64,000 nt of DNA from a virus (IMGVR_UViG_3300050343_000266:1-64000); one strand, 5' to 3'; positions 19,882-30,678 are shown, counted from the first letter of the stretch. Numbers and translations: made by a program. The notes: generated from the letters alone by a model not told the origin.

Positions 19882-22734
19882 ATGAAGCTACAATTAAAGC
19901 GCAGTAATGTTCTAGTTAGTGGTGGTGCAAAAGAACCAACAGCAGCGCAACTAGATTACGGCGAATTAGCAATTAATTACAGTGCTGGAGATGCTGCTAT
20001 CTTCCTGAAGGATAGTACAAATAATGTTATTCGAATCGCTGGCGTACATAATATTGCCGATGATGGTCTAACAAACGTTCCTACTACCACAAGTCCTCCA
20101 ACATCTCCGACACCAGAAGCTGGAAACCTTTGGTATAACTCTGAAGATGGCCGTTTATATATTTACTACGTAGATGACAATAGCTCACAGTGGGTTGATG
20201 CAAGTCCAGATACTTGGCAAACAACAGTAATTCCAGATACAACTAATCCTGCTCATCAGGCAGGGACGTTAGACGATCGCTACGTCAATATCAATGGCGA
20301 CACCCTTACAGGTGCTCTGCTGCTGGATGGCGCTGCAACTTCTACAGCACCAGACCTTGCTTTTGATGGTGATACAAATACAGGCATTTACTCCCCTGGT
20401 GCTGATAAATTATCAATCGCTACTGCTGGAGTACAGCGCGTCACAGTTGATGGCTCGGGCAATGTTGGAATTGGGACATCGGGGCCATCAAAATCCTTAG
20501 AGATTTTTAAAGACAGTTTCCCATGTTTGATGTTAAATGACGGTGGTCAATATAAATCTTATATGCAGCTAGGGGGTAACGATCTAGAGATTCGTGGTAG
20601 TTCTGGCTCAATGGAGTTTTATACAGGTTCAGATGATGGTTTGTCATCAACCGAGCGGATGCGACTCACAAATCTTGGCTTAGGTGTAGGTACTGGCACT
20701 ATTACTGTTGGTAGACCAGTACATGCACATACAAGTGGTGGTGGATCAGCATATTTTCAATCAACAAATGACACTACCGGCCAAGGATCTGCTAACGGTG
20801 CACTGTTTGGAGTAAGTGGTGATGTTACATATGCACCTTGGAGTTATGCTAATGGGCCGATAGTTTTTGCAGCAAATGGCTCCGAGAGTATGCGAATCGA
20901 TAGCTCGGGCAGGGTTGGGATTGGCACTTCGTCGCCTAGCTCTGCTCTTGACGTTTCTGGTGCTATTTCACTTAGTGCTGTAGCCCTACCTTCTGCAGGA
21001 ACAGCAAGGATTTATTCAAGAAACACTGATAACGCTCTTTATCTGCAGACTGCATCTGGTAACAGAATTAGCTTGTTAGATGGTTCTCAAAATACTATGG
21101 CAAGTTTTGAACCAACTGTCGAAAAATTTTTTATAAGCAACATCGAGCGGATGCGAATCGACAGCTCGGGACTAATAAATGTTACGGGCGGTATTCAAGT
21201 AACTGAAAATGTAACGCCTTCAGCTGGTAGTGGCATTGAAATATTTAAGCCAACCAGTACCTCTGGTCAAATACAAGCATTCAACAGAAGCGGAAATGCT
21301 TGGATGGATTTAATCCTTAAAGGTAATACACAGCAGTTCCATGCAAATGGAAGCGAGCGGATGCGAATCGACGGCTCGGGAAATGTTGCTATTGGCGCAA
21401 CAAGCTCTACATCAAAGCTCCGTGTTATTGGCAACGAAATTCGGTTTAGCAATAGTGCCAATGCTTCGTACTACGGAACAATTACACACGATGCAGCCAC
21501 TACAGGCGCGAACATTTATAACAACGTTGATGCCACAACTGCATCCCATATTTGGCAGCACAGCGGCGGCGAAATGATGCGACTCGACAACGACTACAGG
21601 TTGTTGCTTGGTACTACGGCTGCAGGATATACAAACGCGGCCGACAATTTAACTATTGCCGATAATGGCAATTGCGGAATGACAATTAGAAGTGCAAGTG
21701 GTTATGTTAGCTCAATATATTTTGCAGATGGAACTTCTGGATCTGCTATGTATGAAGGTTTTATCGATTATCAACATAGCGTTGGAGATTTGAGATTTGG
21801 CACTGGTGGTGGACAAGAACGGATGCGTATCAACAGCGCGGGCGCGATGGGGCTTGGAGTTGTACCTTCTGCGCTTGGTGGCAATTCATTAGAAATTCAC
21901 TCTGCAGGTAGTGTCAATTCTTTCTTGGCGCTAACCAACAGCACTACTGGCTCGAATGGTAGTGTACATGGTTTTAACATAATCATGAGTGATAACGAAG
22001 CTAGATTATTTAACCGTGAAAACGGAGATATGACTTTTTGGACAAACGGCACCGAGCGAGTGCGAATCGACAGCACGGGTAATTTAATCTTGAAGCACAC
22101 AGGTAAATACATACTTAGAGAAAATAATCTTAATGCGTTCTCAATGTACACAGATGGTGCAAATGGTTCTTTGATATTTAAGGATGAGTACAATGCTGTA
22201 GAGAGAATGCGCCATGATCAGTATGGCTTAAATATCGGGAAGACTGGCTATGTAGACATGGTTACTGATGGACATCATTTAAATAAAGCTGGATGGGGTC
22301 ATCACTGCAGTACCAATGACAATGCTTTGTATCTAAACAGAAATGGCACCGATGGTAATATTGTTGCAATTTACAAGGCTGGAAGTTATCGTGGCAATAT
22401 TTACGTCAACAGCTCGGGAACTACTTTTAATTCCGTTTCTGACTATCGCCTGAAGGAGAATATCATCGATATTACTGATGGTATTACTCGTATTAAGCAA
22501 TTGTCACCTAGACGCTTTAACTTTATTACAGATGCTGATTTAACTGTTGATGGTTTCATTGCACATGAAGCACAAGTAGTTGTCCCGGAAGCTGTATGTG
22601 GTGCAAAGGATGGCGAAGAAATGCAAGGTATTGATCAATCTAAACTTGTCCCTTTGCTTACTGCTGCATTGCAAGAAGCAATCGCAAAGATTGAAACTCT
22701 TGAACAGCGACTATCTGTTGCTGGTATCGCCTAG
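19882..22734 (+). CDS. Tail fibre with a C-terminal peptidase S74 intramolecular chaperone
   Basis: N-terminal LDYGELAINY; multiple ERMRIDSSG modules; SDYRLKENI...GFIAHE...KLVPLLTAALQE. Confidence 0.9.
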   Translation: MKLQLKRSNVLVSGGAKEPTAAQLDYGELAINYSAGDAAIFLKDSTNNVIRIAGVHNIADDGLTNVPTTTSPPTSPTPEAGNLWYNSEDGRLYIYYVDDNSSQWVDASPDTWQTTVIPDTTNPAHQAGTLDDRYVNINGDTLTGALLLDGAATSTAPDLAFDGDTNTGIYSPGADKLSIATAGVQRVTVDGSGNVGIGTSGPSKSLEIFKDSFPCLMLNDGGQYKSYMQLGGNDLEIRGSSGSMEFYTGSDDGLSSTERMRLTNLGLGVGTGTITVGRPVHAHTSGGGSAYFQSTNDTTGQGSANGALFGVSGDVTYAPWSYANGPIVFAANGSESMRIDSSGRVGIGTSSPSSALDVSGAISLSAVALPSAGTARIYSRNTDNALYLQTASGNRISLLDGSQNTMASFEPTVEKFFISNIERMRIDSSGLINVTGGIQVTENVTPSAGSGIEIFKPTSTSGQIQAFNRSGNAWMDLILKGNTQQFHANGSERMRIDGSGNVAIGATSSTSKLRVIGNEIRFSNSANASYYGTITHDAATTGANIYNNVDATTASHIWQHSGGEMMRLDNDYRLLLGTTAAGYTNAADNLTIADNGNCGMTIRSASGYVSSIYFADGTSGSAMYEGFIDYQHSVGDLRFGTGGGQERMRINSAGAMGLGVVPSALGGNSLEIHSAGSVNSFLALTNSTTGSNGSVHGFNIIMSDNEARLFNRENGDMTFWTNGTERVRIDSTGNLILKHTGKYILRENNLNAFSMYTDGANGSLIFKDEYNAVERMRHDQYGLNIGKTGYVDMVTDGHHLNKAGWGHHCSTNDNALYLNRNGTDGNIVAIYKAGSYRGNIYVNSSGTTFNSVSDYRLKENIIDITDGITRIKQLSPRRFNFITDADLTVDGFIAHEAQVVVPEAVCGAKDGEEMQGIDQSKLVPLLTAALQEAIAKIETLEQRLSVAGIA

Positions 22735-22744
22735 CGGTATCCCG

Positions 22745-22762
22745 CCCCGTGGCAACGCGGGG
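22745..22762. terminator. GC-rich hairpin after the tail fibre gene
   Basis: CCCCGTGGCAACGCGGGG. Confidence 0.5.
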
Positions 22763-22817
22763 TATTAATATCTCATCAACGATAATTGTTAGAATTAATA
22801 ATATCGACAATAAACAA

Positions 22818-23171
22818 ATGGCCGACACTTATAGCTGGAAAGTAACAACATTAGATCGCGAGATTTCCAACGGTACTGTATATACAGTTCACTATACAGT
22901 TTCTGCTTCACGGACTAACCCTGCAGAAGGTGAGAACGATTACACAGCTAGTTCATATGGCACTGTAGGTGTTGCTGCAGATCCTACTTCCAAGAGCTTT
23001 ATTCCTTATGAAGATCTCACAGAAGACAATTGTATCGATTGGGTCAAAGCAGATCTTGGTAGTGAATCAGTAGATGCTATTGAAGCTTCTATCTCAAATA
23101 ATTTAGATAATCAAGTTAATCCTGTTGATGCAACTGGTGTACCTTGGGCTACGGAAACTACTACTGATTAA
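22818..23171 (+). CDS. Tail-fibre-associated small acidic protein
   Basis: YSWKVTTLDR...VYTVHY...FIPYEDLTE..CIDWVK...GVPW, typical downstream of S74 fibres. Confidence 0.65.
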   Translation: MADTYSWKVTTLDREISNGTVYTVHYTVSASRTNPAEGENDYTASSYGTVGVAADPTSKSFIPYEDLTEDNCIDWVKADLGSESVDAIEASISNNLDNQVNPVDATGVPWATETTTD

Positions 23172-23224
23172 TCTCACAAAATAATAGTTAATAGCTAGAA
23201 TAAAACTTGAGTCTAATACTTAAT

Positions 23225-23410
23225 ATGGCCTGTAAAAAATCAGAGTTGGTAGGAGCTATCAACTCGTTCGCAACTGCACGTGCTAGTGGTGACAATGCAT
23301 TGCAGCAAATGTCTGCACAATTACTGCAAAACACAATCGAGACACTTGAGTTTGAGCCCGAAGAAGTTGCCGAAGACACTACTGAAGCAGAAGAAGATAC
23401 TTCTAATTAG
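23225..23410 (+). CDS. Hypothetical protein
   Basis: MACKKSELVGAINSF ORF. Confidence 0.55.
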   Translation: MACKKSELVGAINSFATARASGDNALQQMSAQLLQNTIETLEFEPEEVAEDTTEAEEDTSN

Positions 23411-23447
23411 TAACCGTTAAAATAGGACTATTACAAGTCTCTGAATA

Positions 23448-26310
23448 ATGGCTAAGTTAGATTTTCCTGATGCTTCTTACTCTCCTTGGGTTGCTCCAAA
23501 CAATGTAATCTATACATATATTGGAACATCACCAAATGGGTATTGGGAAGCTAACACTGCCAATGCCTCAACAAACTTAACTGCTGTCTTTGTAGAACGC
23601 ACTGGCAGCACAATGACTGGTACGTTGATATCTGGTCTCTCTGGTGCTGGTTATGGATATCAACTAAACCATGGGAATACAAACCTAGGAGGATTATATA
23701 AAGATACTGGATCTTCAAGATTAATATTAGGTGATGGTTCTACCACCAAAATTGACCTACAAGGTTCATCAGGTGCTGCATCGTTTTCTGGCGCAATTGG
23801 TACATCAGGACAGAACACCGTAAACGAAGCTAGCACATTAAAATTTAGTCAAGAAAGTGGCAATCTTTCTCAAATCAGAGCTTACGGTTCAAATGCTTCT
23901 ACGTCTGGAAGTCTTGAGTTTAAAGTTGGTCCTAGTACCGGAGCACCTTCCACGCCGCTGACTTTGAACTAGCGGAGGAGCTGCCTCATTCGCGGGCGAT
24001 ATCCAAGCCACTAAACCAAGGAGCAGTACAGCAGGTTCGACTACGGGAGGGCTATCCATCAACCCTTCCGATTCAACCATCTATTACAACTTCAGAGTTG
24101 ACGAAGTAGATAATGGTTTGCATATAGACACGACGGCCGGTGCTAACCGGATCCTGTTTAGTAACGATGGAGACGCCACATTTGAGGGCAATGTTGCAGC
24201 TAGCAACCTCAACTGTAGTGGGAGTGTAGACGTGGGAAACCCTTCTACTAATGCTTACAAGCAAGGATTTTTAGCAGTTCCGACCCCAAGCAGCGGCGGG
24301 TCATATTTCCAAGTTTACGGTAAAAACGGAGACGTTAATAAAGCTTTCTCTGTTTACAACGGAGACCTTGCCGTCCTAACTGCGAGTATTGACAGCACAG
24401 GGGCCGCCTCATTCGCGGGTCCAGCCACTGTAGTCAATGCATCCACGCCCACCGCTTATACAAGGCTTTACGATGGCCATATGCTTATCAGCAACACTAC
24501 CGCATTCGGCCAAGCGTTTGGTTTGTATAACACCACTACAAGTGCATACGAGATTGCCATGTTTATGGATGGTAGGGCCACATTTGCGGGTGCAGTTGAA
24601 TCACAAAGTTACTTTAAAGTGACTAATACAGGTATTGCTTATTTGCAACCCAATACAGTAACTGCTTTTCAGGCATATGAATCATCAGGTCCGGCAACAA
24701 TTAACCTGAACAATAATGGCTCGTCCTCATTTGCTGCAGACGCAAGCATCAACGGTCTGACTGTTGGCCATGGTCCGGGTAACGTTTCAAGCAATACAGT
24801 AGTCGGAGAAACTGCTCTTGTTTCAAGTTCTGGTGGATACAATACAGCAGTTGGTCATCAAGCTATGAGGAGCAATACTACTGGTGAAGACCATGTAAGC
24901 GTTGGTTGGCTAACTCTTTATCATAATACTACCGGTCACTCCAACACAGCAATTGGCCGTACCGCATTGTATTCAAATACTACCGGTACCTCTAATGTCG
25001 CAATTGGTCGTGATGCACTTAGATTAAATACCACTGGTTCCACTAATACTTCTATCGGACGAGAGTCTTCATATTCCAATACTACTGGTCAATATAATAC
25101 TGTCTGCGGTTATCAAAGTTTATATAACAACAGTACTGGTTACAATAATTCGGCATTTGGATACAAAGCCCTTGCTAACAATTCAACTGGTACTCAAAAT
25201 ACAGCGGTTGGCTATGAGGCCATGAGATATACCTCTACAGGCGGCAATAATGTAGCCATTGGCTTACACGCTATGTACGGAAATAGCACAGGGTACGAAA
25301 ATGTTGCCGCAGGTGTTAATGCACTTATTAGCAATAGTACAGGGGCATGGAATACTGCATTGGGCTATAAAACTCTTGAAGCTAATACAACAGCAAATCA
25401 TAATACTGCTGTTGGAAGAAATGCTCTTATTAGCAACACTACTGGTACGATAAATACTGCTGTTGGTTCTGGAGCAATGTTTGGAAATACTGTTGGTAAT
25501 TACAATACTGGTATTGGCTATTCAGCCTTGAGTACTAGTAGTACAGGGGATAGAAATGTAGCCATAGGGTATCAGACTTTGTTCGCAAATACTTCTGGAG
25601 GATATGCCACAGCTGTGGGTATGTATGCCGGTTATTACAATACTACTGGCATGGGCAATGACGCTTACGGCTACAATGCTCTACATCACAACACTACTGG
25701 TCATTACAATACAGCACTCGGCTATCAAAGCCTGCATACAAATACTACTGGCCATCGCAACTCTGCTTTTGGACTAAATGCTCTTTATTATAATACAACT
25801 GGCACATATAATGTTGGGTTAGGACGTGAAGCTTTAAATGCTTGTACTACTGGTTCTGCAAATATTGGCATAGGTGGTACTAACAGTACTGGAACTTTTA
25901 CTCCGCCATTTAACGTCGTAACAGAGAGTAACCGATTAGTCTTAGGTCATACATCAATCACAAATGCCTATGTAAAAGTAGCTTGGACTGTTACATCTGA
26001 CGAGCGCGATAAGATGAACTTTGCTCCAGTGCCTTATGGTCTGGACTTTGTTAATCAACTTAAGCCGACTGCATATCAATTTAAGGTAGATCGTGACACT
26101 GAAACACCTGATGGCGATGTACGTTATGGATTTAAAGCGCAAGATATCCTTGCATTAGAAGGCAACAACCCAGTCATTATTGACATTGAAGATCCAGATC
26201 ATCTAAAATATAAAGGTGAACATCTCGTTCCTGTTTTAGTCAATGCAGTGCAAGAACTGACTACAATGGTTAAAGAACTTCAAGCAGAAATCAAAACACT
26301 TAAAGGTTAA
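23448..26310 (+). CDS. Second tail fibre: beta-helical N-T-T-G repeats plus S74 chaperone; one apparent +1 indel near 23968
   Basis: The 24118 frame is open back to 23971 (SGGAASFAGDIQ...). About 14-aa NTTGxxNTAxGxxAL repeats and SDERDK...YGFKAQD...LVPVLVNAVQEL. Confidence 0.85.
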
Positions 26311-26312
26311 TT

Positions 26313-26540
26313 ATGGAAATTCTTACTCTTACTCCCGAACAGATCTCACAGAACTATTCTGCTGCTCTTGATAGTGTCACACTAATCAATGAGCTAATGG
26401 CTCTAGATTCCCGCGATGACGCTCAGACAGATACAGTTGCTCGTAATGTTGAGCACCTTGAGTTGATGGTTGCTAAAGACTACTGGACCACAGAGGATTT
26501 AAATCCTCTCAATGATGCCATTACAGCTGGTAAGGGATGA
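26313..26540 (+). CDS. Tail-fibre-associated small protein
   Basis: Immediately after the fibre; RNVEHLELMVAKDYWTTEDL. Confidence 0.6.
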   Translation: MEILTLTPEQISQNYSAALDSVTLINELMALDSRDDAQTDTVARNVEHLELMVAKDYWTTEDLNPLNDAITAGKG

Positions 26541-26544
26541 TCGT

Positions 26545-26567
26545 TACCCCGCAGTAACGCGGGGTTT
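26545..26567. terminator. Hairpin between convergent genes
   Basis: ACCCCGCAGTAACGCGGGGT. Confidence 0.6.
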
Positions 26568-26570
26568 CAC

Positions 26571-27278
26571 TTAAACCATATACTGCTTACAGATTTGATA
26601 CTTAGCAAGCCTGTCGTTATAACCGTTCCAACCACCATTGATACGGAGACAACAGGCATCAAAGCCTTCTGTCAGGCATATATTTAATAGATCATTCTCT
26701 TCAATCCAGATGCGTGCTGATGTAAATGGATAGGTGGTAGACACGTAGTCAACACCTTCCATAACCCTTGGATCGTTAATACCTTCAGCCAGACGGGAGT
26801 AGTTGTATTTGCCAGTCAGTTGAAGTACGCCTGCCCCTTTCCAAATTTCCCCTTCGTTTGGACCATGGCCTAAGTCAGTCCTACCACGTAAGTACATACC
26901 GTCTGAAATCTCTTTCATATAAACAAAGTTACATGTCTCATGCATCATGTTTGCCATGAGCATTTGTGCTGCATCAATATGTTCCGCAAATCCTGTATCA
27001 GCATACAATCGATTGCAATCATCGATAAAGACTTTATCAAAAGTAGATGACGGATATCCAGTCAACTGCTCCATCATCAGTGGAGTTACCAGCTTTCTGA
27101 ACTTTTTAATATCATCTGTTTTCCTATATGTCTTTACCCAATGCGCATTTTCGTTTAACTGATCGCAGTTACATTCCTGTAAGCCCTTGTATAGCTCTTC
27201 TACAGCTGCCTCCTGATGAGGTTCCCCTGCGTAGTACTTGAAAAAATTCTTGAAGGATTCTATTGATAGCGTACTCAT
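26571..27278 (-). CDS. Glycoside hydrolase family 19 (chitinase-like) endolysin
   Basis: ANMMHET, GRTDLG, WKGAGVLQLTGKYNY, RINGGWNGYNDR. Confidence 0.9.
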   Translation of the reverse strand: MSTLSIESFKNFFKYYAGEPHQEAAVEELYKGLQECNCDQLNENAHWVKTYRKTDDIKKFRKLVTPLMMEQLTGYPSSTFDKVFIDDCNRLYADTGFAEHIDAAQMLMANMMHETCNFVYMKEISDGMYLRGRTDLGHGPNEGEIWKGAGVLQLTGKYNYSRLAEGINDPRVMEGVDYVSTTYPFTSARIWIEENDLLNICLTEGFDACCLRINGGWNGYNDRLAKYQICKQYMV

Positions 27279-27343
27279 AAGAACTTATATTCATCACTGT
27301 TAATTCTAACTAGTAAAATATAATTAGTCTCATTATTATATGT

Positions 27344-27622
27344 ATGACAATTAAAGAACGTGCAGCATTTTGGGAGGCTATCGAAAGTGGCAATAGTCCT
27401 CTGTTATCTGTAATGCATACCCTCGTAGAGAAATGGGGATTGCCTGCAATCATTATGTGTCTTGGTGATATCGGAAACGTATTGTCAGAAGACGCAGAAA
27501 CTGCAGCAGATCTCTCGCCAAACCAGCGCGGTTTAATTCTTGGTGCGTGTGCACAAGTATGTAATCTGAGTGATCAGATGCATGCAGAAATGGATCACCT
27601 TGCGGCTACCGAAAATGGATAA
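27344..27622 (+). CDS. Hypothetical protein
   Basis: 92-aa ORF. Confidence 0.55.
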   Translation: MTIKERAAFWEAIESGNSPLLSVMHTLVEKWGLPAIIMCLGDIGNVLSEDAETAADLSPNQRGLILGACAQVCNLSDQMHAEMDHLAATENG

Positions 27623-27743
27623 GCAAGAAAAAGAGAATTGGAAAAAAATTAAAGAGGCTTTAGAAGAAGCCGATAAAACTGACTGCTACTTCTACAAAAG
27701 AGCAGTCGCCATCTGTGATGGTAAATCAGATCCGTTAAAATAG
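27615..27743 (+). CDS. Small hypothetical protein (42 aa, not in the ORF track)
   Basis: MDKQEKENWKKIKEALEEADKTDCYFYKRAVAICDGKSDPLK; start overlaps the upstream stop. Confidence 0.6.
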   Translation: MDKQEKENWKKIKEALEEADKTDCYFYKRAVAICDGKSDPLK

Positions 27744-27765
27744 TTAATGTATCCGCTTATATAGC

Positions 27766-28065
27766 ATGGCTAATAGAGCTGGAGCAAAGTGCAAAGCATG
27801 TGCTCATTCAAAGAGTAAAAAGAAAGGCGCTATGAAAGGCATGACCGTCAAAGGCGGACACAAACTTTCAGTCAAGCGTGGTGCCGGTTTAACCGCTAAA
27901 GGCCGAGCATCTATTAACAAAAGAACTGGTAGCAATTTAAAAGCACCCGCACCTAATGGCAAACCTGGTACTAAAGCAGGCGCTAGAAAGAAATCATTCT
28001 GTGCTCGCTCACGTGGCTGGACTGGTGAACGAGGTAAAGCAGCACGCAAACGTTGGAAATGCTAA
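27766..28065 (+). CDS. Highly basic protein (DUF6321-like)
   Basis: GAGLTAKGRA...NLKAP...RKKSFCARS...ARKRWKC. Confidence 0.65.
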   Translation: MANRAGAKCKACAHSKSKKKGAMKGMTVKGGHKLSVKRGAGLTAKGRASINKRTGSNLKAPAPNGKPGTKAGARKKSFCARSRGWTGERGKAARKRWKC

Positions 28066-28101
28066 GACTTAAATGCTGGTAAGCCTTCTTGGCAGCACTA
28101 C

Positions 28102-28371
28102 ATGACTCAAACAGAACATGCTCAAAACAATGCTGCTCGTGGCTGGAACGATTTATCCAACATGGATTACACAGTCGTAGAAGGAGCTCGTCAAGGACTA
28201 ATGGGCGACAGAATATCATCAGCTGAACTGGATGAGTTAATTTTATCTGGGCAAATAAGCCCCAAACAAGCATACATCTTAAGTGATGTTCATAACTTCG
28301 GTGCGCACGGAGATTCTTTTGATGATCCACGTTATGAAAGAATTTTACAAGCGATCAAGAGCAGTGGATAA
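28102..28371 (+). CDS. Hypothetical protein
   Basis: 89-aa ORF. Confidence 0.5.
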   Translation: MTQTEHAQNNAARGWNDLSNMDYTVVEGARQGLMGDRISSAELDELILSGQISPKQAYILSDVHNFGAHGDSFDDPRYERILQAIKSSG

Positions 28372-28511
28372 CGATTTCCCTACACGTATGGCAGGTCAAG
28401 CGCTACAGCCTTATGTCAACACAGGGGAAGGTTGCGCAAAAATGCCAGCAAAATATCCTGCTAAACCACGTGGTGGCATGAGTCACGGACCAGAATTATT
28501 AGGACAGAGAA

Positions 28512-28883
28512 ATGGCTAAAGGTATTGCAACAAAAAAAGATCCCAAGAAATGGGCAGCTGCTAAGGCAAAAGCCAAAGCACGTATGGGTGGTAAGCACAG
28601 TGCACGGGCAATGCAGCTAGCGACCAAATACTATAAATCTGCTGGTGGTAAGTACGAAGGAAAGAAACCTTCAGCTAAAAATAATAAGATGAAAAAGTGG
28701 ACTAAAGAAGATTGGGGTACACGCTCAGGTAAAAATAGTACAGAGGGTAGTAAAGCTACGGGAGAACGTTATTTGCCTAAAAAGAAACGAGATGCGATGT
28801 CAGCTCAAGCCTATAAAAAAACTAGTGATAAGAAACGCAGTGATACAGCCAAAGGAAAACAATATAGTCAACAGCCTAAGTAG
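28512..28883 (+). CDS. Highly basic protein (DUF5872-like)
   Basis: HSARAMQLATKYYKSAGGKYEG...KWTKEDWGT...GERYLPK. Confidence 0.65.
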   Translation: MAKGIATKKDPKKWAAAKAKAKARMGGKHSARAMQLATKYYKSAGGKYEGKKPSAKNNKMKKWTKEDWGTRSGKNSTEGSKATGERYLPKKKRDAMSAQAYKKTSDKKRSDTAKGKQYSQQPK

Positions 28884-29091
28884 CTACACTATTAGTAATT
28901 ACAGTAATAACTATGGACAGACGTAAAAAGGGCAAGCGCATTACGCTTAATAATAATATCCCTGGACTGCCTGGTAATACACCGTTTATTCCTACGAATG
29001 GTGCAGGACCTGGACGACTTGATCCACGGTCAGCTGGACACGATGGTCAAGCTTACATAGATCGCAATCGATATAACCAAAACAGTCATTA

Positions 29092-29388
29092 GTGAAAACC
29101 TTATATCTATATAGAAGTGGCGATAACACCTGTGTATCCCATGACAGCTATATACAAATGGGTGCGATGTCCCATTCGGTTGAACATCACATCAAACTAA
29201 ACCCAACGATCAACTGGATAGAAACCTACTGGTTGCCTGATGTTTTCATGCATCGTTATAAACGTGCAACATTTCAAGCACACGAACGAGTGTCTGGTGG
29301 CAAAGACAGCATCGAAACCCGGCCACGTGACTTTCCCGACGAAGGTGCATCACGAGGCTTATTGAGTGGCAAGCCTGTGGGAGATTAA
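29092..29388 (+). CDS. Hypothetical protein
   Basis: 98-aa ORF whose 3' end is duplicated at 30504. Confidence 0.5.
   Translation: MKTLYLYRSGDNTCVSHDSYIQMGAMSHSVEHHIKLNPTINWIETYWLPDVFMHRYKRATFQAHERVSGGKDSIETRPRDFPDEGASRGLLSGKPVGD
29353..29380 (+). repeat. 28-bp direct repeat, copy 1
   Basis: CGAGGCTTATTGAGTGGCAAGCCTGTGG; 25/28 identical to 30504-30531. Confidence 0.85.
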
Positions 29389-29442
29389 CATAGGTCGTAG
29401 TTTTCGTTAGTTAAAATAGTTATATTGCCGAGGATAAAGTCA

Positions 29443-30498
29443 ATGCTTAACAATGAAAATAAAAGGTTAGGGTACACCGAAGTTTATTACAACTATAAAG
29501 CTGACAAATTTTTTACAGAAGACTTTGGCAATCAATTTAAAGGATTAGATATTACGTTATCCAATGGCGGTGGTGGAGGAAGTGGTATTCAGGCTGGAGA
29601 TAATATTAGTCAACTTACAAACGATGCAAACTATGTTGTTTCAGGAGCAAATATTAGTACTTTAGTAAATGATATAGGATATTTAACGTCCTACAGTATT
29701 CCATCGGTAACCAGCCTACCAACTACAAATTTAAGCTTTGGCAATCTTGCTGCTTTATCTACAGATAACAGTCCATATTTTTATGATGGTACAGATTGGA
29801 GAAGAATCTTCTTAGCAGGTGTCCCACCTCAAACAGGAGATCCCGATACTGATTGGGATAAAGTTATTCTTCGAGTACCTTTCAATACAACTACTACTGA
29901 TGTTAAAAGTAATTTCACAGGCACTGTATCTGGTTCTCAAGCAGTTATTACTGGTAGTCCAAGAAAATTTGGAGCTGGTGCACTTAAAGTCCAAAACTCA
30001 AGCTATATTACCTACAGTGGTAATAGTCTTGGCGCATTTTTAGATAACGATTTCACAATAGAATTTTGGCTCTATATAGATTCATTTAATGCCCAAGATC
30101 AAGATACAGGTATATTACGCAAAGGCAGTACTTATTTCTATTTTGATTACGTTGGATTTAATCAGATGGTCTTTAAAATACACCTATCGAATGTAGGTGC
30201 AACGACACCCGATCTCGTCTATAACACCGTAGGTAACATGCCAACTGGCGGTTGGCATCATATTGCTTACTGTCGAAATGCGACGTCTGGTTTGTGTCAA
30301 TTGTTTGTTGATGGTACGTCAGAAGGAACCGTTAATCTCAACAACCTGGTCGATTCAGTAGGCAGTGATTTATTCATTGGTGATCTAATAAACACTTCAG
30401 CAGATATGCTTATGGATGATTTAAGAATATCTAACTTTGAACGATATACGTCTAATTTCACAGCACCAACTGCAGAGCTGCCTACAAGTGGCAGTTAA
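29443..30498 (+). CDS. LamG/concanavalin A-like lectin domain protein
   Basis: KFGAGAL, DFTIEFWLY, WHHIAYCR, LFVDG, MDDLRIS..RYTSNFTAPT. Confidence 0.85.
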   Translation: MLNNENKRLGYTEVYYNYKADKFFTEDFGNQFKGLDITLSNGGGGGSGIQAGDNISQLTNDANYVVSGANISTLVNDIGYLTSYSIPSVTSLPTTNLSFGNLAALSTDNSPYFYDGTDWRRIFLAGVPPQTGDPDTDWDKVILRVPFNTTTTDVKSNFTGTVSGSQAVITGSPRKFGAGALKVQNSSYITYSGNSLGAFLDNDFTIEFWLYIDSFNAQDQDTGILRKGSTYFYFDYVGFNQMVFKIHLSNVGATTPDLVYNTVGNMPTGGWHHIAYCRNATSGLCQLFVDGTSEGTVNLNNLVDSVGSDLFIGDLINTSADMLMDDLRISNFERYTSNFTAPTAELPTSGS

Positions 30499-30503
30499 AA
30501 CAG

Positions 30504-30531
30504 CGAGGTTTACTGAGTGGTAAGCCTGTGG
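30504..30531 (+). repeat. 28-bp direct repeat, copy 2
   Basis: CGAGGTTTACTGAGTGGTAAGCCTGTGG. Confidence 0.85.
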
Positions 30532-30615
30532 AAAACTAGGGGGGTCTTGAGATAAGCCCTGCTTATTAGACAAGGGTACTTGACGTGGTAGATTACGCTT
30601 AGCTTCGCCAAAAGA

Positions 30616-30640
30616 GCGGGTTCGAATCCGACCCTCTCCG
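30616..30640 (+). other. tRNA 3'-end fragment (tRNA-Ser-like); candidate attP core
   Basis: GGTTCGAATCCGACCCTCTCCG: T-loop plus an acceptor 3' strand about 70 bp upstream of the recombinase. No matching 5' acceptor strand was found. Confidence 0.55.
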
Positions 30641-30654
30641 TTCCTCATCACCTA

Positions 30655-30678
30655 CCCCACACAACGTGGGGTTTTTTT
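30655..30678 (+). terminator. Rho-independent terminator
   Basis: ACCCCACACAACGTGGGGT followed by a T-run. Confidence 0.75.

Noticed and set aside
23960-23975. TAG in the second tail fibre as stop-codon readthrough or recoding
   Set aside because: The downstream part is in a different frame; removing one base (TTGAACT to TTGACT) restores a single ORF. TAG is used as a normal stop elsewhere.
19882-26310. Diversity-generating retroelement acting on the tail fibres
   Set aside because: No reverse transcriptase and no TR/VR pair differing at adenines was seen in the window
30574-30650. Complete tRNA gene
   Set aside because: Only the T-loop and 3' acceptor strand are recognisable. The T-stem is mismatched and no 5' acceptor strand or clear anticodon arm is present.
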